Of a stretch of 64,000 bases of DNA, positions 13,101 to 25,100 are shown one piece after another. The first letter of the stretch is position 1. The number at the start of each line of letters is the position of its first letter. Source of the stretch: Owenia fusiformis (lineage: Eukaryota); the NCBI GenBank assembly GCA_903813345.2, contig CAIIXF020000001.1, forward strand, positions 35,526,001 to 35,590,000. The letters are read 5' to 3'. The translations under genes and the position numbers were made by a program. The notes beneath the pieces were generated by a model. The model saw only the letters and a program-made list of their open reading frames with translations. It was not told the DNA's origin and searched no databases.

Positions 13101-16100
13101 TAGAGGCGAGCTGGTGAGTAATTTCTATTATTTTGACAGTTCAATTTTACATGTCTTTAGTATTGTGCACATGCTCTATGTGGACAAAATTCAGCTTATA
13201 GTGTCACACCATTTAGTGTCGTCTACCTTTTAGGAGCCATGTAAGGGTCCCATTCATGAGATAACTCTTTTATTTCTAACTAAACTTCTTGCCTTTTATC
13301 ATGCTTAACAGAGTGTATTTGTGTTTGTTTTTACATCACCGAAATATCACGTCACGTGATTTGTTAATCTCGCGGCACGGGAGATGATTGACAGAAGTGG
13401 GTGGGGTTTTGCTTATCCTCCCGCCTTTACGAATGCTTTGCAGTTGATTGACAGATTAGCTCTTCAAATGTGGAGATTGAAATATACATGATTGATAAAA
13501 TATTCTAACGAACATTGTTTCGTAAATTTGACAATGGATCGCAATGCCAATCATCATGTTGCAGCAGCATGGCGATTATCGGGAATGGATTTTATTACCG
13601 GCAATTGAGAGTATCTACTGCCGCTGCCGACAACCCGGCATTACCGTAAGGCACTAATTCGGCCGTTGATGCCAAAAATTTAATGGTGGACTATGGCAGT
13701 GCATGGAATTCCAAGCGCGTTTTATTGATAACCGATAGTGAGAATTTGCAACCAATGAAATCATAGCACGGAAGTTAAACCCAATCATGGCAACAAGAAC
13801 ATTCAGATTAATAAATAAAAGCTGTGGTATTGGGTTTAACTTGTTGAACTAGATCTAGTGTAAGTTGTCACTCGTTATTTTTTGTGACTGAAATTCCTTA
13901 CAAAATTTCCCTGCTTATCACCCTATTTCCTGATTTTGAAAGAATATGTTTTGAGAAACAATAAAAGGTCAGTGGGGCAAATGAGAAGCTGGTGTCAAAT
14001 TGCTACAGAAGTTGATTTTGAACTGTGAAGTGCAAGCATGACTTCAAAATCACCAAAAATTCGAGTGACATTCTACACTGCCTCAAAGCTTACATAAAAA
14101 GCATGCTAGAAAACTTAAAAATTTATTGAGGTAGGTATTTTAATCGTACAGGCAAAAGATGGTGGCCTATTCAGCAGCAATAAATCAATACATGTAAATA
14201 AAATTGCAGGTGTATCAGTACAACACAACATGTCAATAAAGACTTCAGACCAGAAGTTGGCCAAGTTAACAATCTTATGGACATAGGGACACGACGAATA
14301 CTAGATGAAGATAAAGATTTATTTAGAGAAAATGTGAGAAGGTTCTTCACTGAAGAAGTATCCCCATATCATGCTCAGTAAGTGTTTAATTGATTGATGT
14401 ATTGAGAAGAATGTTGTTTATTTAGAGTTTTGTAGTGTTTGATTTATTGTTGAATAGAGGCTCTGATTCTTTTGTATTTGTCAAGTCCATACATAGTCTG
14501 CCAGTGTTTGTACTCCATACTCAAATGCCAATGCCAACTTTGTTAAACTAAGTATTATAACCTATCACCTCTAGGTAAATACAGATATAAAGCTCAGATG
14601 TTACTGTGAACAAATATGAGCATACTCATTTTTAGAGCTGAATGTACCAATGTTGAAGCCTTTTTCATAAATAGCATGACTTCTCACAGGTCCCAAGGCT
14701 TTTTCTCTACAGGATGCTTTACCACTAGTTGTACAGCAGTACAGTCATGTACTAGTTTTGGTTTGAATATCTCCCCAGTTGCTCTAAAAGCAGGACTGTC
14801 TTGTGATTTTTCTCCCAAACAATCAGTGATGTTCCATTCTTATGGCTTATATACCATCTTACATATTTTATTAATATATAAAACACAATTAGTCTAAAGC
14901 AATATACAATCGTTTTATCTATATTTTAAAAGCACTGTTCCACAACTGGATGACTCTAACTGCAATTAGCTTCATTCAAGATGGTGGACAAAATTCGTTC
15001 GTTTTCGATAAATCTCCAATTACAGCCAAATCAAGCTGAATCTTGATCCCAAAAGTTTCGCCATGCAAACTAATAAAGATATGATTGTAAACAACCACAA
15101 ATAAAGGCTCACGCACCCGCGATATTAGAGAAATTGAAAGAAAACGGCTTCACTTAGAATGACTCTAACTGAAGTTAGTGATGACGTAGGAATGAAGCTA
15201 ACTGAAACGGGGAATGAAGCTAACTCAATGGGATGAATATATGGACGGCCCTGTCTGTTGTTATAAGATATCTAAATGTTATTGACTGTTGTTATTGGTT
15301 GTAGCCATTTGTATTTTGACATGGAGTGAGTTTCTATTCAATCCCATGGCCGGTGATCGTAGAAATTGGACGGAGGGGAGCAGACAAATTCTGGTAGAAA
15401 TTTCAATAAATCTGGAAAATTTACTTTTTCAAGACAAAATTTAGTTTACGATTGAATGGCCAAATGAATAGACTTACGGTATGGTAAAATATTGTAAGTA
15501 TTCTAGGATTAAAGTATATGATGTAAAAGGCGAAATGCCGCAAACGTCCGAAAGTCAATGTTTTGCTAGTCAAGCAAGAATGGTCTACACGACCTGTAAT
15601 TAAAAAACTTGTAAGTGACATTATCGTCACAAAATTAATGTCATTGCTGAGTAATTAAGTTCCCATACGTAATATAAAAAATAATTGAAGGGGCGGAGGG
15701 GGGGGGGGGCAATATTTCTATTATTCTTCTATTACTATTTTTATTTCTATTACAACTTCACCAAAGTTCTTGTATTTCAAAAATGAATTCATAAAACGTA
15801 CAATGTAATATGAAGCTGGATTTTACAGCTCTGAAGAATGAAAAATGGGGAATTTTAAGTTATAGGACTTCAAGTCTAGAAACATCTCTTATCATGCCTG
15901 ATATACATAAATGCTCCCCGATGCTCAATAAATAAATGACTTATCCATCACAGATAATCGTCACATTTTTTCAAGTAGACTTAATGAAGTGGGAAAACCG
16001 ACTGCGTTCCAATCGACTGTGCGACAATATATACAGGATCATGTTCCCCCTAGGACTATTAGACATTAGTCAGTTACTGAACATGTCCCTCCATTAATTC

Positions 16101-19100
16101 ACCCGTCCCCTTCTTGGCGGTACCAGGCTAGGCGTATACATGTACTGATAACATGCATACCAGCATACAAATAATTCAACAAAAGGGGTAGGCTGCATGA
16201 TACTTCAAGACTTGAGTGACTTCGTTAAGATAAAGTAGCAAATGTAGGCTAATGACGTACTCTTTATTGTTATTTACGGTAGTCTAGTGTAAAACCAAAC
16301 TTTCCATAAATTGGACAAATATTGTGCTTTTGTGTTATTCTATCAACAAGCTAAATGATTTTAATTTGAAATATACTTAATAGTAATTATATTTAGTTTA
16401 TGTAACTGGTTTCGTGACCATCAATCATTTATGTATCAGTGTATACGGAGTTGCAGAATGTGAGTGTCATCTCCCGGGTAAAGTAAAGGCATATTTTCTG
16501 CACTAAACGAAAATAAATCGTGTAATGCCGCTGTCACATCTATCCATCTTCTTCATTATTTCCAGCACTCTTTTTATTACCCCTTCAAGTTCAATTTCTG
16601 CAATAAATCAAATTAAATTACCAACATTTACACGATTGTGCTTCAAATAATCCATTATTATATCTTGATCAATTGTATTAAATGTTATTGGAGCATTCGC
16701 AAACAGCTATTTGTACTACAGGGTGGTAAAAACGTAATTCGAAACCATGCATTTTACTCATATCTTTTGGCGTGTACCACAGGAGGATCAACATTAACAT
16801 TGTGACTATCAGTCCGATGGTTATCAAATGTGATAGAAAATTGAATGATGGACAAATGTGCCAAATATCAGTGAGTAATTTCTTAAAATAAAAAAGAGGA
16901 AAATAGCGACAGCATTTCCATTTTTACCTGTAAATAATTATTTTGTTAAAGACTGATTAAATTAAAATTGTTTAAGAGTACTCAAACAACCAACATGTCT
17001 TAATTAATCGAATTTCACAATTCCCATTGGCAGACTTGGGGGATGAGGCATACGTATGTTAACGAAATGTGAAAGCAGAGGGTGTTGGCCAAATGATATT
17101 TTGTTTGAAGGGTGCTTCCCAATTACCCTATTTTTATCAAGTGTTTCTCATTACCTGTAATATCACTTTTGACATCTTCGATTCTCTCTTCGTCAGTTCC
17201 TGTAAGATAAGTGAATTTATACATATAAAATTTGAACCAAATTATTATTTGAGTTATCAGATATTACATTTTTATGGAGTGGTGACCATTTTGAATTAAA
17301 CAGGCATTTTAATCGCCCTTACACACAGACGGACGGTCGGCTTCTCTATTTCCCTAAGAACTTCGTTCGGTGGGATAAAAAAAGTCATTAAGTGTAGTTA
17401 CGGCGTCAAATTATTTAAAGACAACTCACCTTCTGTCTCATCCAGATCCAAAGCAATCTGTTTATCTGCTCGCGCGATGGGAGATTGTGCCTGTTTTTCA
17501 ACTATGTAAAATATAAATAAAATAAGTATGTCAATTACGAGTATAAAATGACATGAATGAATGCGTATATCTCTTATTCAGAGTCTATATCTGTATATTG
17601 ACGTATGATAAACCACATTTTTGACATTATTTTTATTTTGCACACACATGATACACATTATATATCCCGGGGTATACTGTAGGCCTTTCGAAGTTGCTGT
17701 TTCACAATCAAAGTAAAATAAGCCATTTGACATATGAGATGTGTTTTAGTGAAAGAAGAAGCATTCTATATTTTGTCCAATGACCCAACACGATACAGAC
17801 TCATAGTCGTCTTTTACTTTACTCCAAGGGGTTTACATTTGACCATTTCGACCCACAATTACTTACAAATGGACACGACGTGTTCTAATGAAAGAAGAAC
17901 CCCATTTAGTACCTTTAAGCCCGGTATACACCAATGGGGCAAAATCCCACTTGCCCCATCGAGTCCCATCTTGCCCCATCGAATCCCAATTTGCCCCATC
18001 GAATCCCACGAAGTCCCATGGGACCTTGATGACTTTGCCCCATTGTGCCCCATCAAGCCCCATGGAGTCCCATCAAATCCCACCGTGCCCCATTGGTGTA
18101 TGTCGGGCTTCACACAACACGTCATATGATCGAAAATCCCACGATGCCCCATGGAAAGAATGAACATGTTCATTCTCAATGGGACTCCATGGGACTTCGT
18201 GGGATTTTGCCCCATCGAGTCCCACCGAGTCCCACGTGGGACTTCATGGGACCTCATGGGACCTCGTGGGACTCGATGGGGCAAAATCCCACGGAGTCCC
18301 ATGGAGTCCCACGGACTTCATGGGGCAAAATCCCAAAAGGTCCCACAAGGTCCCACGCAATGTTAAGTCTATGGAGGTCCCAACTTGCCCCATTGGTGTA
18401 TACCGGGCTTTAGGGCCATCACAAGACGTGTTCTAGTGAAAGAAGAACCTCAATTTCGTATATAGCCCTAAGGGCCAAAAATGGACGTGTTCTAGTGAAA
18501 GAAGATGCAATGATCTATGGAGCACTATGGACAACCACGAGGCGTGTTCTAGTGATAGAAGTAGACTTGATTACCTATGTTCTATAGAACACAACACAAC
18601 ACGAGACGTATTCTTGTGAAAGGACAAATTCACTATAGCTTCATGGTTAATAGGGACTTGTAGTATTCAACTTTGACAAATTTTCATATTTTATGAGATG
18701 TTTCAATGGAGAGGTTTCACTGGAGTTATTAAAACATCTATATAGCTTACCCACCCTTGGTATACGCAGCTAACGAAAATTGACCGGTACGGGTCAAAAG
18801 TTGGACCGGTACGGGTTAACGGTTTTATTTGAATTTACAGGGTGTTCCATATGTTTCAGGAATGATGCTGTATTTTATTGGTTTTCTTTTCAATCTAGCT
18901 GATTTTTTAACAAAATGTGTCCAAATATGTTGTGAATAAGTTGGAACAGTTTCATATCTTGAAACTCAGTAGACTGAATAATATGGTTGCTATAGTAACC
19001 TAGGGGTAGGGTAGGTGGAGCAGGTGTAACAACGCACAAAACATGACATTTTTGTAAAAATAGTTGTTTTTGTATGAAGTGTTCAAAGTATTAATTTGTC

Positions 19101-22100
19101 ATAGTCGCATCAAACTTGTTGAAAATTAAAAGAATAAAGGTGGATTCCTGGAAATTAAAAATGTTATCACACCTTTTATTAGCCATCATCATTATTTCAG
19201 CATCTATCCCTTCCGTATTAGTTAGCGCTCTCACTGTTCTCGGATGTCCACATTTTGGATAATCGGTCTCAGTTTCCTTTCCAGATTTGAACCGCTTGTA
19301 CCACTCATACACTCTAGAGGTTATACCATCATTGAGTCCCCATGTGCATTCGTCAGGAGTTTAATTGTGTCTGCTGCAGGAAACTGTTATTCACACATGT
19401 CATGTCTTGTCACAGATTATTGCCTAAGTCGAAGGTTTTCCTTTGCTAATGACTTTTCACTTTTCAAGATGGCCGCTCGTCCAAAATGACCTGTGTTTAT
19501 TCTCCTTTGTGACTCATGACATGACAGGTGTTTAAATTGTGATGTGATCAAGGGTGATAACATTTTTTTTACTTTCTTTGAATCCACCTTCATTTTTGTT
19601 TAATTGATCCAACTCTGACAACCTAATACTTAGTCACACTTTGTACAAAAAAAAACTATTTTTACAAATATTTCATATATTTTGCGCGTTGTTACACCTG
19701 CTCCACCTACCCTACCCCTAGGTTACTATAGTAACCATATAATTAAGACTACCGAACTTCATGATATGAAACTTTCCCAACTGATTTAAAACATGTTAAG
19801 ACACATTGTGTCAAAAATTCAGTTAGATTGAAAAGAAAACCAATAAAACACAGCATCATTCCTGAAACATATGGAACACCCTGTAAAACAGCCATAACTT
19901 GCTCAATATTGACTTCCTCGTGTCTAATTTGAAATATATGATGCCTCCCGATGCTTTTAAGTACTCCAATTTTTTACAAATTTTTAAACGGACCAAAACT
20001 CTCTAAATGCGCATTTATGCTCTTTTCTCTCGAGAACGACTGTCTCATTTTCACGATAACTTTTATTTAGTACTTCTAACATATAAGATCTATTTTTCCC
20101 CATCAAGGTATGATGTAAATGACATGCTATTTACATCTTGTGAGTTTCAATGACGCGCGTTTGGGGGTAGGTACGAAAAATGTCAAACAGAATGCGTGAC
20201 ATATACGTAATTCGCGTGAAAAGTCCGAACGAAATGCGTACATTTTTTTCCGGCTTTCGTATTTTTGCTGTGTAGACGATCTTTTTTAGAAATTTTTCTA
20301 CAGAAATATTTTTGCTTGACAATTACCAGGTAAAATGCGTATTTGCGTGACATTTTCTGTCACGCAAAAATAACTGGCGTGACTTCAAATTCTTCAGCAA
20401 ATGCGTGACAAATACGCAAATTGCGGGACAGTTGACAGGCCTGCAATAATAGCACATGTATTGAGCTGGAATTGATAAGTAATATACATTGACCAAAAAG
20501 GTTTTTACAACATTATATTCTGCATGACAATACTCGTATGCGAAATCATTGGCTTTCAATAGACAATCTTTGAATGATGGTAACCAGGTAACATAATGTA
20601 AAACCTAGTTCCTCATTGAAATATCCATGGTGTATCAGGGTTCACGACTCGGGTCAAAAACATAACTGCCAGGCTGGCAGTCAGTTTTTTCATAATTTCA
20701 AAATATGACTGCCAAAACAAAAAAGTGACTGCCATGAATAAAATCATTTTTATTCACCTAGAGCAACTAACAATAAATGATAACAATAAAATCAAATGTC
20801 AGCTGCATCAAACAAGCCTTCATCACTATCATTGTCATCGCTGCCAGAGAAAATAATTTCACAAGTCTTACAAAACAGCAGTCTTTGTTGTGGATTTTCA
20901 ATAACACATGAGAATTTTGTTACCCATGCCTGCTGGAAAGCCCATGGCTTTGGAGGCATTCTCTGAAAGGAAAAGTTCAGTAACTTAATAAACATGCATT
21001 AGAGTGTGTAATCTAGTTACGGATCTGATCAAAACACGAATCGAATTTTCCATACAAAAATAAATATTGGTGGGTGATAATGGATATGTTTCTCATATCT
21101 TTCGACGGATCTCTCACGGTTAATTCTATGAATATTCACAAAATGTTTCACAATTTGGTGATATTTTGATTACAACAGTTTCATTTATCTTTAAAATACA
21201 ACATGAAAAGGGGCCGAGATGTTTACGATATTTAAAGATATTTGAATAGTATTTTATCGGTTCAGCTTTTTTCCAATAATTCAGGCCGCTGTTCCATTAG
21301 ATGTAGAGCACCATGTGGTAATTTCATTGCAGTCTATCTAAATTTATTTACCAATAGGGGAGGGTGCTTGATGATTGGAAAAGCAATGCAGTATATTTAC
21401 GAACATTAGAAAATATATCAATTTAATTGAAAGCAGAACTGGAAAAAGATCGCAAAATTATTTCAAAAATCAGAAAAATAACTTAAGAAACAAGTTTGAT
21501 TTGATGTACATAAGTTTCATGTACATTATCAATCATATATTCGGTTAATGTTGACCAGGATCCTGATGTGTAAAATAAGTCCACTGCCTAAATGGCAGTG
21601 GGTTTTTTCAACTTCAGTGCCATGAGAAAAAAGTGACTGCCATTGGCAGTCAGGCAGCCGTGAATTTCGAACCCTGTGGTGTATGCACTGGTGATCCACT
21701 CGATTACGCTGGTTACCAAAACGAAGCGTTTTGTTAACAAAATGTCGGAACGTCGAAGGCACGATTTTTCTTTTTTCCTTATTTCACGCGTTGTAGGCAG
21801 AATCCCCACGACGTTTTTTCTCACAACGTACATCAGTATCATTTGTTTTAGAAAATGTACATGTTTGCGAAAAAATAGCTCAGAGAACAACAGAATCGTC
21901 GATTTACTTCCTCACTTAAGTTACATAAACGATTTTTCGAAAAACAGTTAAGATCTGCACTTTTAACCCAAACCGTTTATGTAACTAAACAAGTGAGGAA
22001 GTAAATCGACGATTCTGTTGTCTTCTGAACTATTTGTTCGCAAATATGTACACTTTCTTAAACATATGATACTGATACACGTTTGTGATAAAAAATGTCG

Positions 22101-25100
22101 TGGGAATTCTGCCTACAACGTGTAAAATAAGGAAACGAGAAAAATCGTACCTTCCGGATGTTCCGACATTTTGTTACCAAAACGAACCGTTTTGGTAACC
22201 AGCGTAATCGAGTGGATCACCAGTGGTATGGCTTATAGAAGAAAATCAAAACGAACCTGCCATTTCAGTTTAGTTCAGTTTCCCGTCACTACTCATACTA
22301 ATACCAACTGTAGTGTAGTTAGATTTACATCCTAGGATATATCCGTGGCTTAACTTATTAGTAGCTGTTTATCTCGTATTATCCATTGTGTGATCCATTG
22401 CCAGTGTGATCTGTAGTATTCTTAACTACTGTACTATCCCTTGGAATGCACAGCCTGTGGGGGAACGAGTGTGGTTAATGTTTTCTTTAACCCTGACATG
22501 TACGCACCAACTACTTAATATTTACACAGAACAATTAACCACCAGTATCATGGGAAGGCATCATCTGTGGTCACGTGGTTACATAACAAGACAAAGCCCA
22601 GTGCGTATGACAAAACACAGTCTCTCACAAATAATCTAATTAATTAAGGAAATGTGTTCGAAGTTTAAAAAAGGGAGAATAAGAAGGTAAATTCTGTCAT
22701 AGGCAATAATTTAGTAAACCGTATACACTTATATTATTTTGATAATGCACTGAACAAATAAAAATGAACATTGCCTTTAACTGCATGTCTTCAATATTTA
22801 GGTTGTTACATCATTGTATACAATATTGTTGCTTCACGATAAAAGAAACCCTTTTTATCCATCATTCGCTTACAATTTAGAATGATAATATTCTCCAGTG
22901 CTATTCGAATCGGGGGGGGGGGGTGCTTTTTGATAGTTTTGTTTAGAAAATCGTGCGAAAAGTGCTCAGAGTGGTGAAAACCTGCGGGAATTTGAAATAA
23001 TTTCTGGCCAGGGAGGGGGAAACTACCGAACCTCCAGCTTCCCCTGGTTACGGAACTGCTTATTGGTAATTTGTATAGCCCATTATAAATCTCCATTCAG
23101 TTAGAGTCATCAATGGTGAAATCTGTGTTGGAGTTAGCTTCATTATCAACCTCAGTTAGAGTCATTCTAAGTGAAGCCGTTTTCTTTCAATTTCTCTAAT
23201 ATCGCGGGTGCTTGAGCCTTTATTTGTGGTTGTTTACAATTATATCTTTATTAGTTTGCATGGCGAAACTTTTGGGATCAAGATTCAGCTTGGTTTGGCT
23301 GTAATTGGAGATTTATCGAAAACTAATGAATTTTGTCCACCATCTTGAATGAAGCTAACTGCAGTTAGAGTCATCCAGTTGTGGAACAGTGAAAAGGTAA
23401 TGAATATTTACTAACATGTAGAAACATGTAACTGTTGTTGTTTAAAAAAAAGATACAGACAGGATTCAAATCTGGCAACCAGAAAATCATTTGGTTAGAA
23501 GTCTGACGCCCTACTGACTGAGCTATCGCCCTTTAATTTCAGAATAACGTCATGAAAAGTACACTCATAGTATTTGGAAATGATCAATTGTAAGAAAGAA
23601 GTAATGCCTGTGAACAATCGTCAAAATTGATATCGTAACGAGTTAGTTGCTTTTATTCGACAGTCCCGCTTTAAGCTGGGGAAAATCATTGCACATCTAT
23701 ATTGAAAATGTTATTAAGTATTTTTTACCTTGGTTTATTTGCTAGAGATAATGTATCATTATCCCACCAAAGAAGTTTGAGAAGGATATAGGCAAGCGCT
23801 CTGTCTATCCGTTTGTTTATTTGTGTTTCTGTCTGAATGATTACTCAATGGCGGTTCATGGATTGGATTAAGATTTTATGTGTTGATCAATACCTTAATC
23901 TGAAAATAGGATCTTTGTACCAGGAAGAATTTTCAAATCAATATGGCCAACATTTTTCTTCATTAATAATCTTTGATCCGAGGGGTGGAGAAGCTATGTT
24001 TAAGAAGAAATTTTCCAGATGGTCACTGAATCCAAAATGGCCACAATTTTTTTGTACAAAATGATTCCTGTTTTAAGTTATTTCTGTTCACCAACAATAC
24101 AGAAAAATCCCCTATGACTCCTGGTTCAAAAGCTCGCCTATTTTCAAAATGGCCACCATTTTTGTCTCACAAAATTCACTTTTGAGCCATTTCCTAGCTT
24201 TACAAATAATCTCAGGTGTCCTGCATTGTAAAAATCCATGTCAATGTAAAGAGTAGTTGTATGAAATAAATTTGTTACAAAAAATCAGCAAAAAATGATA
24301 TCCATTTTTTTTTATTATTTTTAGCCATTTTAGTTAACATTGATTTGTCCATCTGTCTCGCGAAATCCACTTTTCCGTCAACAATAGTGGCACGTTTTAA
24401 AACCTCTGTTATTATGTTATTTCTGTTCAACATCAATACAGAAAACTCCCCTATGACTCCTGGTTCAAAAGCTCGCCTATTTTCAAAATGGCTGCCATTT
24501 TTGTCTCGCGAATTCACGTTTGACCCATTTCATAGCTTTACAAATAATTTCAGGTGTCCTGCATTGATAAAATCCATGTCAATGTAAGGACATTGATTTG
24601 TCCATCTGTCTGGCGAAATCCACTTTTGGACCATTTGCCTTAAAACATCCGTTGATAGGATTCCCGTTTTAGGTTATTTTAGTTCAACATCAATACAAAA
24701 AACTCCCCTATAACTCCTGTTTCATAAGCTCGTCCACTTTCAAAATTCAAAAAATTTTATCCTTTTTTTATTTTCTGTCATTTTAGCATTCATTCACTTT
24801 TGAGCAACACCATGTGAGCCCAGTACCCATGGTACTATTTATCTAGTTAATTTGTGTGAAACCCTTGGACATTGAGATCACCCTGAGTGAACTCTGGTCC
24901 TCTTATCTGACATTTTGACTCAAATAAAATTATCAGTTGGTAAAACATATAAAGCCTGCTATTTTAAACTCTTTATCTATCATGGTTTTAAGTAGAAATC
25001 CTTGAAATCAAATTGTTATAAAACTATGAGTATCAATTGACAGGTTAATTGCCAACCAGTGAAGTGTTATTCTATTGTATCTGTTTTTTATTAATTGTTA

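Larger units (their letters stand above)
14933..23391. mobile_element. 8.5-kb composite TIR element with CACTG...CAGTG termini and 5-bp TSD (Transib/CMC-like)
   Basis: ~240-bp TIRs (14933-~15172 vs ~23153-23391). AAAAG is duplicated at 14928-14932 and 23392-23396. Confidence 0.8.

Noticed and set aside
13787..13852. Candidate ACADL first exon MATRTFRLINKSC
   Set aside because: Its nearest plausible donor gives phase 1 whereas exon 14210 needs phase 2, it reaches a stop, and it lies in an inverted repeat. Exon 10101-10222 fits instead.
17734..18436. Seven overlapping ORFs on both strands (up to 147 aa)
   Set aside because: They arise from GC-rich ~10-bp subrepeats inside a Harbinger-type MITE; the translations are low-complexity with no protein motif.
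17736..18625. CRISPR-like repeat/spacer appearance
   Set aside because: Eukaryotic intron context, degenerate repeats and no cas genes; kept only as a minisatellite finding.
21529..21951. ORFs here and their similar counterparts at 43340-43960
   Set aside because: They are translations of the palindromic CACTGGTG MITE, not a gene family.
23460..23530. Functional tRNA gene
   Set aside because: Degenerate B-box and stems; more consistent with a SINE head or pseudogene.
24275..24587. ORFs in the tandem-repeat element (also 62840-63184)
   Set aside because: Incidental frames in a non-coding repeat and microsatellite.
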